A stretch of DNA of 64,000 bases from NCBI RefSeq assembly GCF_001447785.1, contig NW_015175364.1, forward strand, positions 957,340 through 1,021,339, read 5' to 3'. Made by a program: the position numbers and the translations under genes. This document shows, one piece after another, positions 25,542 through 37,945 of the stretch. Source of the stretch: Gekko japonicus. Its lineage: Eukaryota. The notes under the pieces were generated by a model that saw only the letters and a list, made by a program, of their open reading frames with translations, did no database searches and was not told the origin of the DNA. The first letter of the stretch is position 1. Each line of letters opens with the position of its first letter.

Positions 25542-25774
25542 CTTCCTTTTTCTCGGAATGGGCTCATCAAAAAGGAGACTGCTAGTTTCAGCTTCATCAA
25601 AGCCATCATCAGTTTGAGAAGGCAATCGGAAGGGTTTGAAGCTATCGGCAGAGAGAGGTGGAGATGGGGTGGATGGATTGGACTGGTCACTGGGAGCGCT
25701 CCAACTCCAGTAGCCGCTGCTGCTGGTACTCGAAGGCACAAATCCTCCTTCTTTCCAAGAGCCATTTAAGGATT
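25542..25774 (-). CDS. ZNF704: ZNF704 coding exon (Ser/Pro-rich, ends in basic PRKRK)
   Basis: ctctag|AA TCC...AAG|gtgag; 233 bp; [39 protein letters not shown]...[12 protein letters not shown]. Confidence 0.97.
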
Positions 25775-27137
25775 CTAGAGATTAGTGAGAGTTGGAAAAT
25801 ATATAAATATACAGAATTTGAACAGTACTGGATAAAGCCAACAGATCTTAGTGGCCATGTTTATTTTAGCAAGAAAGCCTGGGCCATAAAGTTATCATAT
25901 GTAAAGTGGTCCTAGATTGACTCAGGAAGGTGGCTTTAACTGAAAGGTTGAACTCATGTAACATAGATTTTAAAATTTATCTCCTGTAAATCTTGACTTC
26001 TGGTACAAGAACGTTTTCTGGAATGTTGCTAGCAGAGTGCAGAGCTTATGAAATCTCCCTTGCATCACAAGCACAGATGGGGCCAACTTAAAAACATATA
26101 CTAACAGTGGGGGAAAATACGCTTAACTAAGAATGAAACCGAGGAGACGGCCACAGAAAATTCTTAGAAAGTTCTAAGAAATGTAAAAACTATGAAAGCA
26201 CAGATAGAAGCATAAGTGCAACCCTGAGCAGAGTAAACCATCTTGAACTGAACTGAGAGTGTCATGGCTATATATAGATCACTTTAGCAGGTAGTAAACT
26301 ACAAAAATATTTAGGTCATGTCCAAAACGAAGATATTAGAAGAAATTCTGCAATTCTTCTGTTTTGTTGTGTAGGCCTTTAATTTTTAAAACCTATTCCT
26401 ATATGCTAGTCCCATACCAAATGTATGTAGCAGGCAGGGTAACAACTTCTAAGCTGAACACAGTTTAAAAATGCTGTTTGTTCACAGGGAAACAAAAAAC
26501 ACCCCTTTATTAAAAGATAATTTTCAGACACACTTAGAGCATTTCTGTTTTCTCTGAATCTGCAGCTTCCTTTTACTTTTCCAAAAAAAAAAAAAATCAA
26601 TCAGGAACAAAATTTTGAAGCAAGAAGAAGGCTGATAGAATGAGGTTGAGTGCGAAGTAAAAAAGAGAGAAGCGCACTTGTTTTCCTACCACACCGTTTT
26701 AAAATCTCTGTCTTATTCAAATAAGGTTACCATCACAATCTTAATCATCCAGCCATGGCATGATGTGCTTCCCCCCCCCTTACATCTTTTTAGGAGCTAA
26801 TAAAATAGGTGTTTTAAAAAAAAAACAAAACAACTGTTTAGTCAGCACTTATTAAATATCCCTACCTAAAGTTGTTTTTAGGAACTGAAAAGCAGTCCAT
26901 GTTCTGTGTGTAACTGCAATGTGTATCACAATTTTATTTATTTTATTTTTATTTTTCCAATTTATACCCCGCCCTACCCCACCGAAGCAGGCTCAGCAAC
27001 AGTTGGCATGATGTTTTTTCTAGGTTGATCCTGGCACCAGAAAAGATCTTTCTCTAGGTGGGGATGTTCAGTGTGTGCAGCATAAATCATACCAGTCTTT
27101 GAGATCTGTGTGCAAGTGGTTTAAAATGCATGCTCAC

Positions 27138-27241
27138 CGTTGGGTCGGACAGGAGGGCTGCGAACCAAAGGACTGGTAGATAAACTTGTTAATACCATAG
27201 CTGCTGTCACTTTGTCCATATCCAGTTCTTCTGACGATTTT
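27138..27241 (-). CDS. ZNF704: ZNF704 coding exon
   Basis: tttcag|A AAA TCG...AAC G|gtgag; 104 bp; [34 protein letters not shown], a conserved ZNF704/ZNF395/SLC2A4RG motif. Phases match both neighbours. Confidence 0.97.
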
Positions 27242-30200
27242 CTGAAATAAAGGGGAAGGAAAGGGAAAAAATACACATTACCAGTGTTAAAAGACAAACA
27301 GGTCTGAAAAACAGTAGCATTGTTGCTATTCTAAGTTCTTACAACTCAAGCAGACTGTTTCTGTCCTTTGAAGTCCTACAGCCACCATAGTGTTTTTGTT
27401 TTTTAAACTTGTTAAGTTATTGCTACCCAATTTGCGATGGCCGACCAGGGTATTACTGCATTCTCCTACAAGCCAGATGGTACTTTGTACTTGGCAAAAG
27501 TACTAGTGGCTAGTAACGTTAGGACATGTGTCTATGGATGGGGGGGAAATACCTTGAAGTTGGCCAGGTCATTTGGAGGTCATTTGAAGGACCCTTATTC
27601 CTCCTTGACTGACCATTTTGGCTTAGTATATGCCAGCTTTTGAGACTGGGTCCCATTATAGCCATGCTTGAATAAGAATTATTCGAAACGCGGCATCAGG
27701 CATCCGGATTTGGAGGTCATGACAAATTAGCATTTGATTCCAGGCTTCACAGGAAGCTTCCATTCACACTCTGAGCATGGTGGGGAAGCAAAACACCAGC
27801 AGCACAGCAACAAACAGGTTTGTGCCCATCAGGAACAGAGGTGATCATTTCTGTGGCAGAAGTGACAATCAGTATGTAATAATTTACACTAATAAGTAAA
27901 TGCAAGTCTATTCCACCATTCAGACGAGATACACTCCTCTGGAGCAACTCTCACAGGAATTAGAAATGTTTCTGGAGTTCACAAGTTGTATTAACCATAG
28001 TGACAAGTCGAAAAAGAGAACACAAAAGCTGATCCCCCCTCCAAAAATCAATTTCATCTGTAGCAATTATCAGGTGACATCATTCAGTCCCATACAATTC
28101 AAAGCTTCAACTGACCATTCCAACATGTTAAGCCTCTGTTAAAGGGACTGGACAAAGCTCTGTATATACAGGGCTTGGGTGATTTATAAATAAATCCAAA
28201 TATAAATTTTCACCCAGCCAGTAAGCAACCCTACAAAGACAAAGCAACCCTACAACACAAAAACCATACTTTGCAAGCTGCTCCCCCCCCCCCAAAAAAC
28301 CCCACACACAGGGGAAAAGATTCTACCTCCTTCTTTGCACAAATGGTTGAAGCGGATAGAGGAAGGGGCATTTTGCGAGGCCAAAGGGAAGATGATTGAA
28401 AGCACACAGGTTTGTTGCCTCTAATCAAAAAGCTGGACAAGTGTTCATAGGTCTCCCCTGTGTTGTCCTGTTTAGGCCTCATTTAAATGGGGGGGAACGT
28501 TAGGCAGCACCGCAGCAGTCTTATTCAAAAATGTGTATTGAGGCAGTAGCTGTATCAGCTCTGCTTAACTGAAAAGTGGCAGCAATATGGAAAATTCTTA
28601 GTTCTTAAAAAATAAACCAAACTTCAATTACCAGTGAAGCTAATTAAGACAAAGCACCCTGAAGGCAGACATGGGGTACGTCAATATGAAGTCAATGGAT
28701 GAATAGTAATCAGCTCAAGAATCATATCTCTTCATGTGGAGTTACAATGTACTGAATCTTCTATCCTACTAAAGACTGGGAATTTAAAAAAGACTGAACT
28801 TGATTACTGCTTTCAATACATTCTATTTACTTAACTAAAGTAACCTAAAACGTTGTGTTGAGCCAAAAAACCCCACAAATGGAGTTGTTTTCTGGAGGGA
28901 TCTTTCCCACATTCCCTTCTGAACCCCCTGAAAAGCTCCTCCTGGTGGGGTCAGATGAACATAGTGGGGCATAGCACAGTGGGACGTCACTCAAGTGGGA
29001 AACCCATGCATATCATGGGCTCCTCCCCTGTATGTTTATGAGTGAATGCTTTCTGCTCACATAAGTGCATCTTTGGATTTGTTTCTATTCCATTTGGTAT
29101 ATGGGCAAATTTGTACTGCACTGAAAGAAATTATTTTCAGAGGATCATGAAAAAGCAGATGATAATTGATCACGAAAAGCACCTATATGGGTTGCCAAGA
29201 ACTGAAAATTCACTGGAAATGTCTAAGATTGCACTACTAACATTCTAAAATAAATTTTAAAAAGCTTCCACTTCAAGACAAGAGTTGAGGCACCTGGAAA
29301 CTCACTCCTGCTGCAACATGGAAATCATAAATCAAGGCTGCCACCTTAATTCCCCTGCCATGAAAGCAATCCAGATGTACAGTCTGACCTTTTGTGGCTG
29401 GTTATGATTTAGTCTCCATCGTTTTAAATCCAGCCTTCAAAACACAGCTGTTGCCATAGTTTAGGGGCAAAGAACAGCCTTCATACGAATTCAGTTTAAA
29501 AATGTAACCCCTTGTGTCTCCGGCTGAACGTACATCGGGTAGGAGGACTCTAAAAAAGGACCTGAATTCTGCCAACCAGGGTATTCTTTCTCAAAAGAAC
29601 CTGGGCTCCTAGAACAGCAACAGAAGGCTGCAAACATTTTTTTTGTTGGTTTTTTAAAAACAAAAAATTGTTGCTGACAAGTTGGATCAAAATAGTTATT
29701 TGTGTTCCCAGAAGATGATGTCTCTTAATCCCAACAGTTACAGACAAGGGTATAATTTCACTCCAGAACATTTGCTTGTTACTTTTTAGGAAAGAGGGAG
29801 GGGAGAAAGCTATTATAAAAAAGCTGTCATCTTGTAATTTTTTTTTAAAAAAATGCTTGTTTCTGATATTTAACAACAGCATATTTAGTTTCTATAAATT
29901 ACAACAGCAAGCTAATCTATGCCTTGACCAAAAAAATGTGCGTGTACTCAAGAATGCCTGGATTTACGGGTAGAACTATGCATTTCTGATGGAAATTCAG
30001 GATTTCCAACTGTTGTTTTTCTTGTAAGGCAACAGCAGGGAGCCATCTGAAGGGAGAATCTAGTGTCTATGTGAACACTTGAAACTCTTTACCCATCTTC
30101 CATTGTCTTCTGAAGCCACTTGTAAGCATTTTGCCATAAAATAGGAAGAACAGCTGGGAGAGGTTTTGCAGGAGAATTGGCTGGAATGTAAGAGCTCAAT

Positions 30201-30429
30201 CATCTTCCCTTTCTACCATCCAGCTCTCCCCAACAAGTGCCTTCACACTGTCTCAGCAGACTTTGTGTTTGGGAATTTGGGTTCAGGAGGGCATTTTTAT
30301 AAGGGGATTAGAATTATACTATAATGGAACAGCTCAGGAGGCTACTTTTATAAGGGAGAGAATAGTACTTTATTGTACATACTACCTTTTACTGCTGCAT
30401 TGTCTTCTACTTCTGTAACCCACGTTCTG

Positions 30430-30640
30430 CATCGTGGCACTTAGAAAGCGGTGGACTCTAATCTGGAGAGCTGGGTTCGATTCCCCACTCTTACACATGA
30501 AGCCTGCTGGGTGATCTTGGGATAGTTACAGTTCTCTAAGAACTCTCCCAGCCCCACCTGCTTCACAAGGTGGGGAGAGAAAGGAAAGGTGACTGTGAGC
30601 TGCTTTGAGACTCCTAAAAGTAGAGATATGTCGATTAAAA
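30430..30640 (+). mobile_element. Squam3-like tRNA SINE
   Basis: B box gggttcgattccccactc and body gctgggtgatcttggg. Confidence 0.7.
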
Positions 30641-30848
30641 ACTTACTGTTCTGCATCTCTGTGATCTGGAGCTCAGTTATAATTCCCAGCCATTTGGAGA
30701 ATGGCAACCCTGTTCTCATTGTTTGCAGTGTTTTCCAATTGTACAATCCTAGTCCTACTGGAGGCCCTTCCTTTAATTGTTCTTTAAATTTTGTAGTCTG
30801 CCCCTAGTCTCAGCAAGAAGGGTGGGCTATAAATAAAATAACCGGAAC

Positions 30849-31243
30849 CAGGGCTTTTTTTTGTAGAAAAAGCCCAGCAGGAACTCATTACCATAATAGG
30901 CCACACCCAACAGCAGAAACTCATTAGCATATTAGGCCACACCCCTGATAGCACAGCTCAGTTGCATTTTAGGCCATACACCCCATGTTACCAGAAGTGT
31001 GGTCATCCAGCCACACCCACCTTTGCTTCTTATTCTGTTTACTTTGTCAAAACCCAGGGCTTTTTTGTAGCAGGAACTTCTTTGCATGTTAGGCCACACA
31101 CCCCTAATGTAGCCAATCCTAATGAGTTTCTGCTGTTAGGTGTGGCCTATTATGCTAATGAGTTCCTGCTGGGCGCGGCCAACTCAGGAGCCAGCCGAAA
31201 CTCCGTTCCTGTGCATTCCAATTCCTGCCCAAAAATAGCCCTA
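30849..31243. mobile_element. Composite hAT MITE
   Basis: 8-bp TSD accggaac (30841-30848 and 31244-31251); TIRs cagggctttttt and aaaaatagcccta; a second left-end sequence inside at ~31054. Confidence 0.85.
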
Positions 31244-32543
31244 ACCGGAACAATAACATGGGCAGAGGCAGCTACTCTGGGTCACATTACATACAATATG
31301 TGTACAAATGGAAGCCCAAAACAGGCCTCCTGTTTTAAGAAGAAAAGCTGCTTTGGAACGGGAGAACTTATACCACAGAGGCAGCCTGAGTGGGTCCTGA
31401 AACCACTTCTTGCTTGGTACTTCTAAACTCCAAGTTGTTCCTGGCGCAGGGTCCATACCACACACTTGCTGTGGGGAGGGGACTGCTTTGAAGAGCAATA
31501 TTGAACACAGAATACTGGATTGGGAAAGGTTGCCCAGTCCTCTCCCCCCACCACTTTTCCATCCCTCTAAGTAGCTTTTCCCTTGGAAACACAGCCTACT
31601 GTGCTCCTACTACACGCATTTTCATGCCTGGCTCTCAATGATCAAAGATGGTGATATCCTCAAAAAGGAATTAGAAAGTCCACACTGTGGAGCCCCATAA
31701 CCTAGTCATTTCATTTAAGACTTATTTCCACACTGTGATGCAAAGCGAGTCTTGGTCTGCACAGCAGCGTTCTAACTCAGTAAGCACTAAGCAGCTAACC
31801 AAGTTTAATACAGAAAAATCAGAACCACCAACCTAGCCCTAACCCAACGGCCATGCAGGCAGCGTGAGGCTATCTCAACAATTTATGTCTGATTACCACC
31901 TTTTTGTAAATGTGGCATGATGCAGGTTAGTGTTATATTTACATTCTGCTTGCCAATTATCTTAGGGTAATGTATTCATCTGGCCTTAAGTAGCTGGAGG
32001 TTATGTTCGCTACTTGCCCCAAAGGGAATTCCTCAAGAAGCTTATTGACTATGATTCTTACTAGACTGCTAGTCCTATAAAAAAAGAAGTTGAAATGAAT
32101 AAGAGATTCAACCTCACTAAATTAAATGAAGAAACCGCTCATTCAGGACCATTAATTCATTTTAAGCTGTGTTTAGAATTAAGACTGAGAGATAGCTGTT
32201 ATGACACCCATTTCTGGCTTGAGTTGCCTAAACGCACTTCAGCGTATCAGAAACAATCCCTTTATTGTATTATATACGCAGACACATACAGACAAACGCG
32301 CACACAACCTTCTAACTGGAATGTTTGGATTGTTAAAGCACAGAAGTTGTGATCTATAAAGCTGTACTAACAAAAGGTATCTATAAGATGGCTCTAAGAT
32401 ACCAAGTCTCTAGAAATTATAATAAAAAAACAAAAGAAAAGCAGCAGTCATATTACAGAAACTGAACAGTTGTTCTTCAATACAATTTAAGTGGGAACAG
32501 TCTTAAACACACATTTAGAATCAGAATTCTTTTTCTCAACTTA

Positions 32544-32889
32544 AAGGTAAAGGTTCCCTTGCTCGAAAGCCAGTCGAGTCCGACTCTAGGGTTGCGGTGC
32601 TCATCTCCGTTTCAAAGCCGAAGAGCCAGCGCTGTCCAAAGACATTTCCGTGGTCATGTGGCCGGCATGACTAAACACCAAGGCGCACGGAACGCTGTTA
32701 CCTTCCCACCAAAGTGGTACCTATTTATCTACTTGCAATTTCTTGCTTTCAAACTGCTAGGTTGGCAGGAGCTGGAACTAGAGACGGGAGCTCACTCCGT
32801 CATGCGGCACACTCGGGTCTCGAACTGCTGAACTACTGACCTTCCACAGCCTGCAGTTCAGCGTCTTAACCACTTGAGCCACCGCAGCT
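32544..32889 (-). mobile_element. Sauria SINE
   Basis: (ACCTTT)n tail, tRNA-like head at the right end, near-identical to 48493-48841; imperfect TSD ctcaactta/cttaactta. Confidence 0.9.
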
Positions 32890-34761
32890 CTTAACTTAGC
32901 TGCTGCTCATGTACTACAGAAGAGGTAAAGTAAGACCATTTGACTGGAACGAGGCACAGACACAACAAGCATCCTCACCTGTCTTTTCCTTCCTCAAATA
33001 TATGAGACCAAATAATACATAGTGGCAAAATCGAGAATTCATCTGAGTAACTACCCCTGCTGTACCCAAGAACCTGGAGATCAACTCTGCTTCCAGTGCA
33101 AAACACTACTTGGCATATTTTGTATTGAAACACACGACCCCATGATGCTTTACAGAATACAATAAAATAGGTGCATGCCCCAAGGAGTGTACAGTCTAAA
33201 ACATGACATAAGGAAGGCAGCAAGGGAAGGGTAATGAAAATACGCTTCCATCCAATCACAAATGCTGAGGCTTAGCAGTGGGTTTAGACTCAGTTTAGAC
33301 TTAGGTTTAGACACTGTTTAAATTCAATGGGTTTAGATAGCATTGTGATTCTTCCATTTGCCACCTGGGTTTTCCCCACCTTCCCTGTGGTCTTTCCCAA
33401 AGTTCTGAAGGTCCATCCAGAAACATCAAGATGAAAACCTTTATCTGAAAGGGTGGGAGCAGGGGAAAGAAGTGTGAATCGCTAGCCTCGATGCCCTGAA
33501 AAGTATAACCCAACAAACCAGTGTTTGTGGCCAGAGTTGAACCCTGTCTGGTGGAGAGTCTGCCTTTTCTTCCTTGCAAGCAGAATCAGTTCATCTCTCT
33601 CCTGTCTAATACAAAGCAGTGAACAACCTGAAGCAAGTTCTTCTGACTGACAATTTGTTGTTTCTTTTTAAGCCATTCTCTACAGGCTTTAAATCATTCA
33701 TGGTGCAGTATCCCCCCCCCCCTCATTTAGTTCTGTGGGTGAGCGCAGAGAATGCTAATCACCACAGGGCAGAACTGGCAAGCTGTAAATGGCCAAGGCT
33801 CCTCCCCCAATGAGCTCATCCCCCAGCAGTGCAAATGAGAATGACATCATGTTTCTCTGAAGCTCGACACAGGCAAAACTCATTTCTCAAGCTGCAGCTA
33901 CTTTTCTTCAATACAGCTTTTCTCCCAAGATCATTAGGCTTTGTGTGTGTGGGGAGGAGGGAGGGAGAACAACACGCCACAAAGCAAATATAGCTCTTCA
34001 ACACCAGGAGATTTCTCTGCTTCCTACTCCTTTCACCCACACTGATCTTTAGGTCAACAATTCCAACTGCATCGGGTGTTTTCTTTTTTTAAAAAGAAAA
34101 ATCTGTAAAATAACTGCGTATTTCTCAGGGGAAAGAGAACTGAAGGGCAGTGAGACAAAAATATTATGGAAAGAAAGCTTAGGGAGAACATGCTTGCTTA
34201 GCCATTACACAGTACTTAAAATGTATCCAATTAAATTATCCTGCTTCTTTTACTTTCTACAACATTTTGCTACTATAACTTTTTAACTGCCAGAATGTTT
34301 TGCAATACACAACATTTTTGCCAGACCCTTCATAAGGAAGCATCTTAATAAGCAGGACTAGGATAATCAAAGGGGGCGACCCCCCCACCCCACTTGGTGC
34401 CACACATCTTTGACCCAGAAGCCACACACTGCTCCTGCCATCTTTGACCCAGATGTTACACACCTCTACAAATCGACCGATTCTACCATGCCAGAAACTG
34501 CCTGTGTTGCTCAGTCCAGACAAACAGCTCGCCACAGGATAAAAGGGTTCTTGTAATTTGCAAAACAATCTAAAGAGCCTCACGAAATAAGTACAGTGTC
34601 AACTGTCATTTCCCCCCCTCCTGGAAAGGTCAATTTCCAAACCCTTCACATATCCCCAGCGCTACAGACCCAATCTGTACAGCACGAGGGGCTGATTTTT
34701 ACAGGTAAAATACACATCTGGGAATCTGATCACGCATTCCCAGCCTCACACAGCAAACTGA

Positions 34762-34975
34762 GAGCCAGCATAGCGTACTGGTTAGACTAGAGTGTCAGAC
34801 TTGGATCTGGGAGCCCCAGGTTTAAATTCCACTGGGCCACAGAAGCCTGCTGGTTGACCATGGGCCAGTGACTCCCTCAACCTCATCTAACTCATAGGGT
34901 TGTTATGAGGATAAAATGGAGGAGAGAATGTTATATGCCCCTGCCAGGTAATCACTGAGGAGAAAAGCAGGGTGT
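34762..34975 (+). mobile_element. Squam3-like tRNA SINE
   Basis: tagagtgtcagacttggatctgggagccccaggttt...aggataaaatggaggagag. Confidence 0.75.
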
Positions 34976-35700
34976 GTATGCTTTATACTGCTATTGAACC
35001 TTGACAATATACAGACAGCCAAAATATGGTTTTTTCCCCAAAATAATTTTTGGAAAGACACACATATACACAAAGACACTTTCCCCCCCTTGCTTTAGTA
35101 AGCACAGATGTCTGGCACTTCAACAGAGATATTTTTGTACATCATTTCACACCAGACATAAAGCAGTTACTTTTACTGACGATACTGCCGGTCGATTAAC
35201 ACTTGCCTTTAATTTCACAGCCATTTTTTTTTTCAAGCCTTTAGGCTAGAAAGTAGAATTCATAGCATTAATGCCATGGATTGGTTTGCCTCGCCCATCT
35301 CCCCTCCCCCCCGGAGACAAGGAAGGCATGAGCCTTCATTGGGCAACTGCATTTGAAGCAGCCAATAAGGATGCTTGATTTTGCCACTTATATTGTGGCC
35401 ACACCTCCTTCATGCAGGCTTTTCTACTGGCTGCTGAGCCACCCACCCTCCCTTTAACATCGCAGGATTAGCCAATCATCTTTGGAGCCAAGCTGAAATT
35501 TGGATGGTTTCCTCTGATTGACTATTGAAGAGGCATTTTTTTCCACCAGGCTTGTGATGTGGAGGAGACTAAATAGGCCTGGTCTTCAACTGTTTAGGCC
35601 ATAACTCATTTGGCAGGGATAGGCTGGGATGAACACGATAGGAAGGGATGATCGGCAAGCACCCTGAGAGCTTACGTCTGGATGCTTGGTAGACAATATG

Positions 35701-36012
35701 CAGGGCTATTTTTGGGCAGGAACGCACAGGAACGGAGCTCCGGCTGGCTTCAGAGTTGGTCACACCCACTACACCCAAGCCAAGGGAAGGCAGTTTAAAC
35801 TGCCTCCCCTCCCTTTCAAGGGCCAGCTTGCCCGGGCTCCTCACAGCCATGGGGCGCCTGGGCAAGCCAAGGGAAGGCATGAGGTGTGGCCTAATATGCT
35901 AATGAGCTGCACTGTCAGGGTGTGGCCTAATATGCTAATGCGTTTCTGCTGTTGGGTGCGACCTATTATGTTAATGAGTTCCTGCTGGGCTTTTTCTACC
36001 AAAAAAGCCCTG
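35701..36012. mobile_element. hAT MITE, same family as 30849 in opposite orientation
   Basis: Perfect 8-bp TSD acaatatg (35693-35700 and 36013-36020); TIRs cagggctattttt and aaaaaagccctg. Confidence 0.9.
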
Positions 36013-37044
36013 ACAATATGTAATGTAACTTCATTATAAATCACAGTAGCGCTTATTCACAGTGATTGTTTAGTTTTTGTTCCTTTACACTGTGCTCCTG
36101 AGTTGTTTGTCAGTCAATGGCTCTTGATATATCTGCTCAGTCCAATGTAGTTGCTTCCCTGGTAGCGATGGGAAAACATGTAAGATCTTATAGCATGGAA
36201 AAACCACATAGGAGCAACAGCAACCCACCATTTGCTTTTCCCACAAAAACAGCCACAGCTTTGCAATAATATCTCAAAAGCAAAATGTTTGTTTATTTAA
36301 CTATTCTTATCCTCTGTTTCCTCCACACAGGAAATCCAAGCAACTTATGAACTAAAATACACAACTAGAAGCAAAAAAATTTACAACCCAACTACTCTCT
36401 CAGTCAAACTTAAAAACAAGTGATGAGCTATAAGGATATCCCAGTTTTGGTGATGAGGAACTACTCAGACAGGAATCAGGGTCACAGCCTCAAACTTTGT
36501 GCTTCTGGACAAGCTCAAGCTATAAGTTACCTGCAAATAGTCAGCCTGGGTCTTATGGCAGCTGGCTCAGATGTTTCTCGATCCCTCCCTTCCTTGCACC
36601 CCTGGCCAAGCCACAGAATTTTCAATACTGATTTCCCCCTCTGCTGTCACGTGACTCTGTACTGGAACACATTAGAATTGCCACAAGGGTGGGGTGGGGT
36701 CCTCCATCCACCCCGCCACAGCCTTTAGAGGGGCCTGGCATTAGGGTACCACTTCATATTATGACTCCCCAACTAAGTTTAAATTGTTCTTATTGTCTTA
36801 TTGTTTTTATGATGTCAATGGGTCTGTACGCTGCCCTGAGCCTGCTTCGGCAGGGAGGGAAGGGTATAAATCAAATAAATAATTAATAAATTTAAGTGCC
36901 CTCCCACCAAAAAACACCATGGGGTGCTATGAGTTCCTCGATTGGGGCCTTGATGTGTTCCCCCTCCCTCCAACTGTAATAAACAGTGGAATCATCCTTA
37001 CATTATCATGAACTATATTTGTTAGCATTTGTCAGTGCACATTT

Positions 37045-37250
37045 ATTTTTTTTATTTACACTTTCTCCCCAATGGGGACACTATTCTCCTTTCCTCCATT
37101 TTATCCTCTTGAACCCTGTGAAGTATGTTAGGCTGAGGATGCACAACTGGCCCAAGGTCACCCAGCAAGCATCCATGGCAGAGTGAGGATTCAAACCTGG
37201 GTCTCCCAGATGCTTGCCCAACACTCTAACCACTGCACCATGCTGGCTCT
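37045..37250 (-). mobile_element. Squam3-like tRNA SINE
   Basis: ctccattttatcctc...ggattcaaacctgggtctccc...actctaaccactgcacc. Confidence 0.75.
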
Positions 37251-37945
37251 GTCCTTATAATTGTCTCACAAGATAGGTTGGTTTACACAAATGTTACTGT
37301 ATCTAATGTGTGTGGAGTGGAGGGTGGGAGGTCTCACATCCACCGTAGCCTATTATTCACTGTAGATCAGAGGACCAAATCTTTTTACGTTTGATACAAA
37401 TACTGTAGCTGTACAATTGCATGAACTACACACACCCGACTCAATAACAATTTATAACAGAGCTTCAAGGGGACAACAGTGATGCTGTTAATTAGGCATG
37501 GTAAGAGCTCCATGGAAACATGCTTGGCAGAATCCAAATCGCAAAAATAAATGATCTAAAGGAAAATCCAGGGCATGTTTTATGCAATTTGCTTGTGACA
37601 GGAAGATGATAGTCTTGCTACTCATACCATGAACAACTGACTTATCAGTCCCTCTATCTCTTAAAAAATAACAATCTGCATTTCCCCCATTGTATCAGTT
37701 CCTCTATTGCAGCAATTCTCCATAGTTATGTCAATAACAGTGTCTGTTTTTTAACTTTCTTTTTCCAGAATCTAACCTCATCGTCTCATTATACTAGATC
37801 TTGGCTATTTTCCAATCTTTCCTCAGTTTTACAATATACTGTGTCACATGTACCAGGTAGGGAGTTTGAATGCTACTAAGACACTGAATTTGTATATCTG
37901 GATAAGGAAAACCTACAATTCAGAAGAAACAGCATATATATAGGG

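Noticed and set aside
30440-30495. tRNA genes at the A/B-box motifs
   Set aside because: No cloverleaf; each continues into a shared SINE body.
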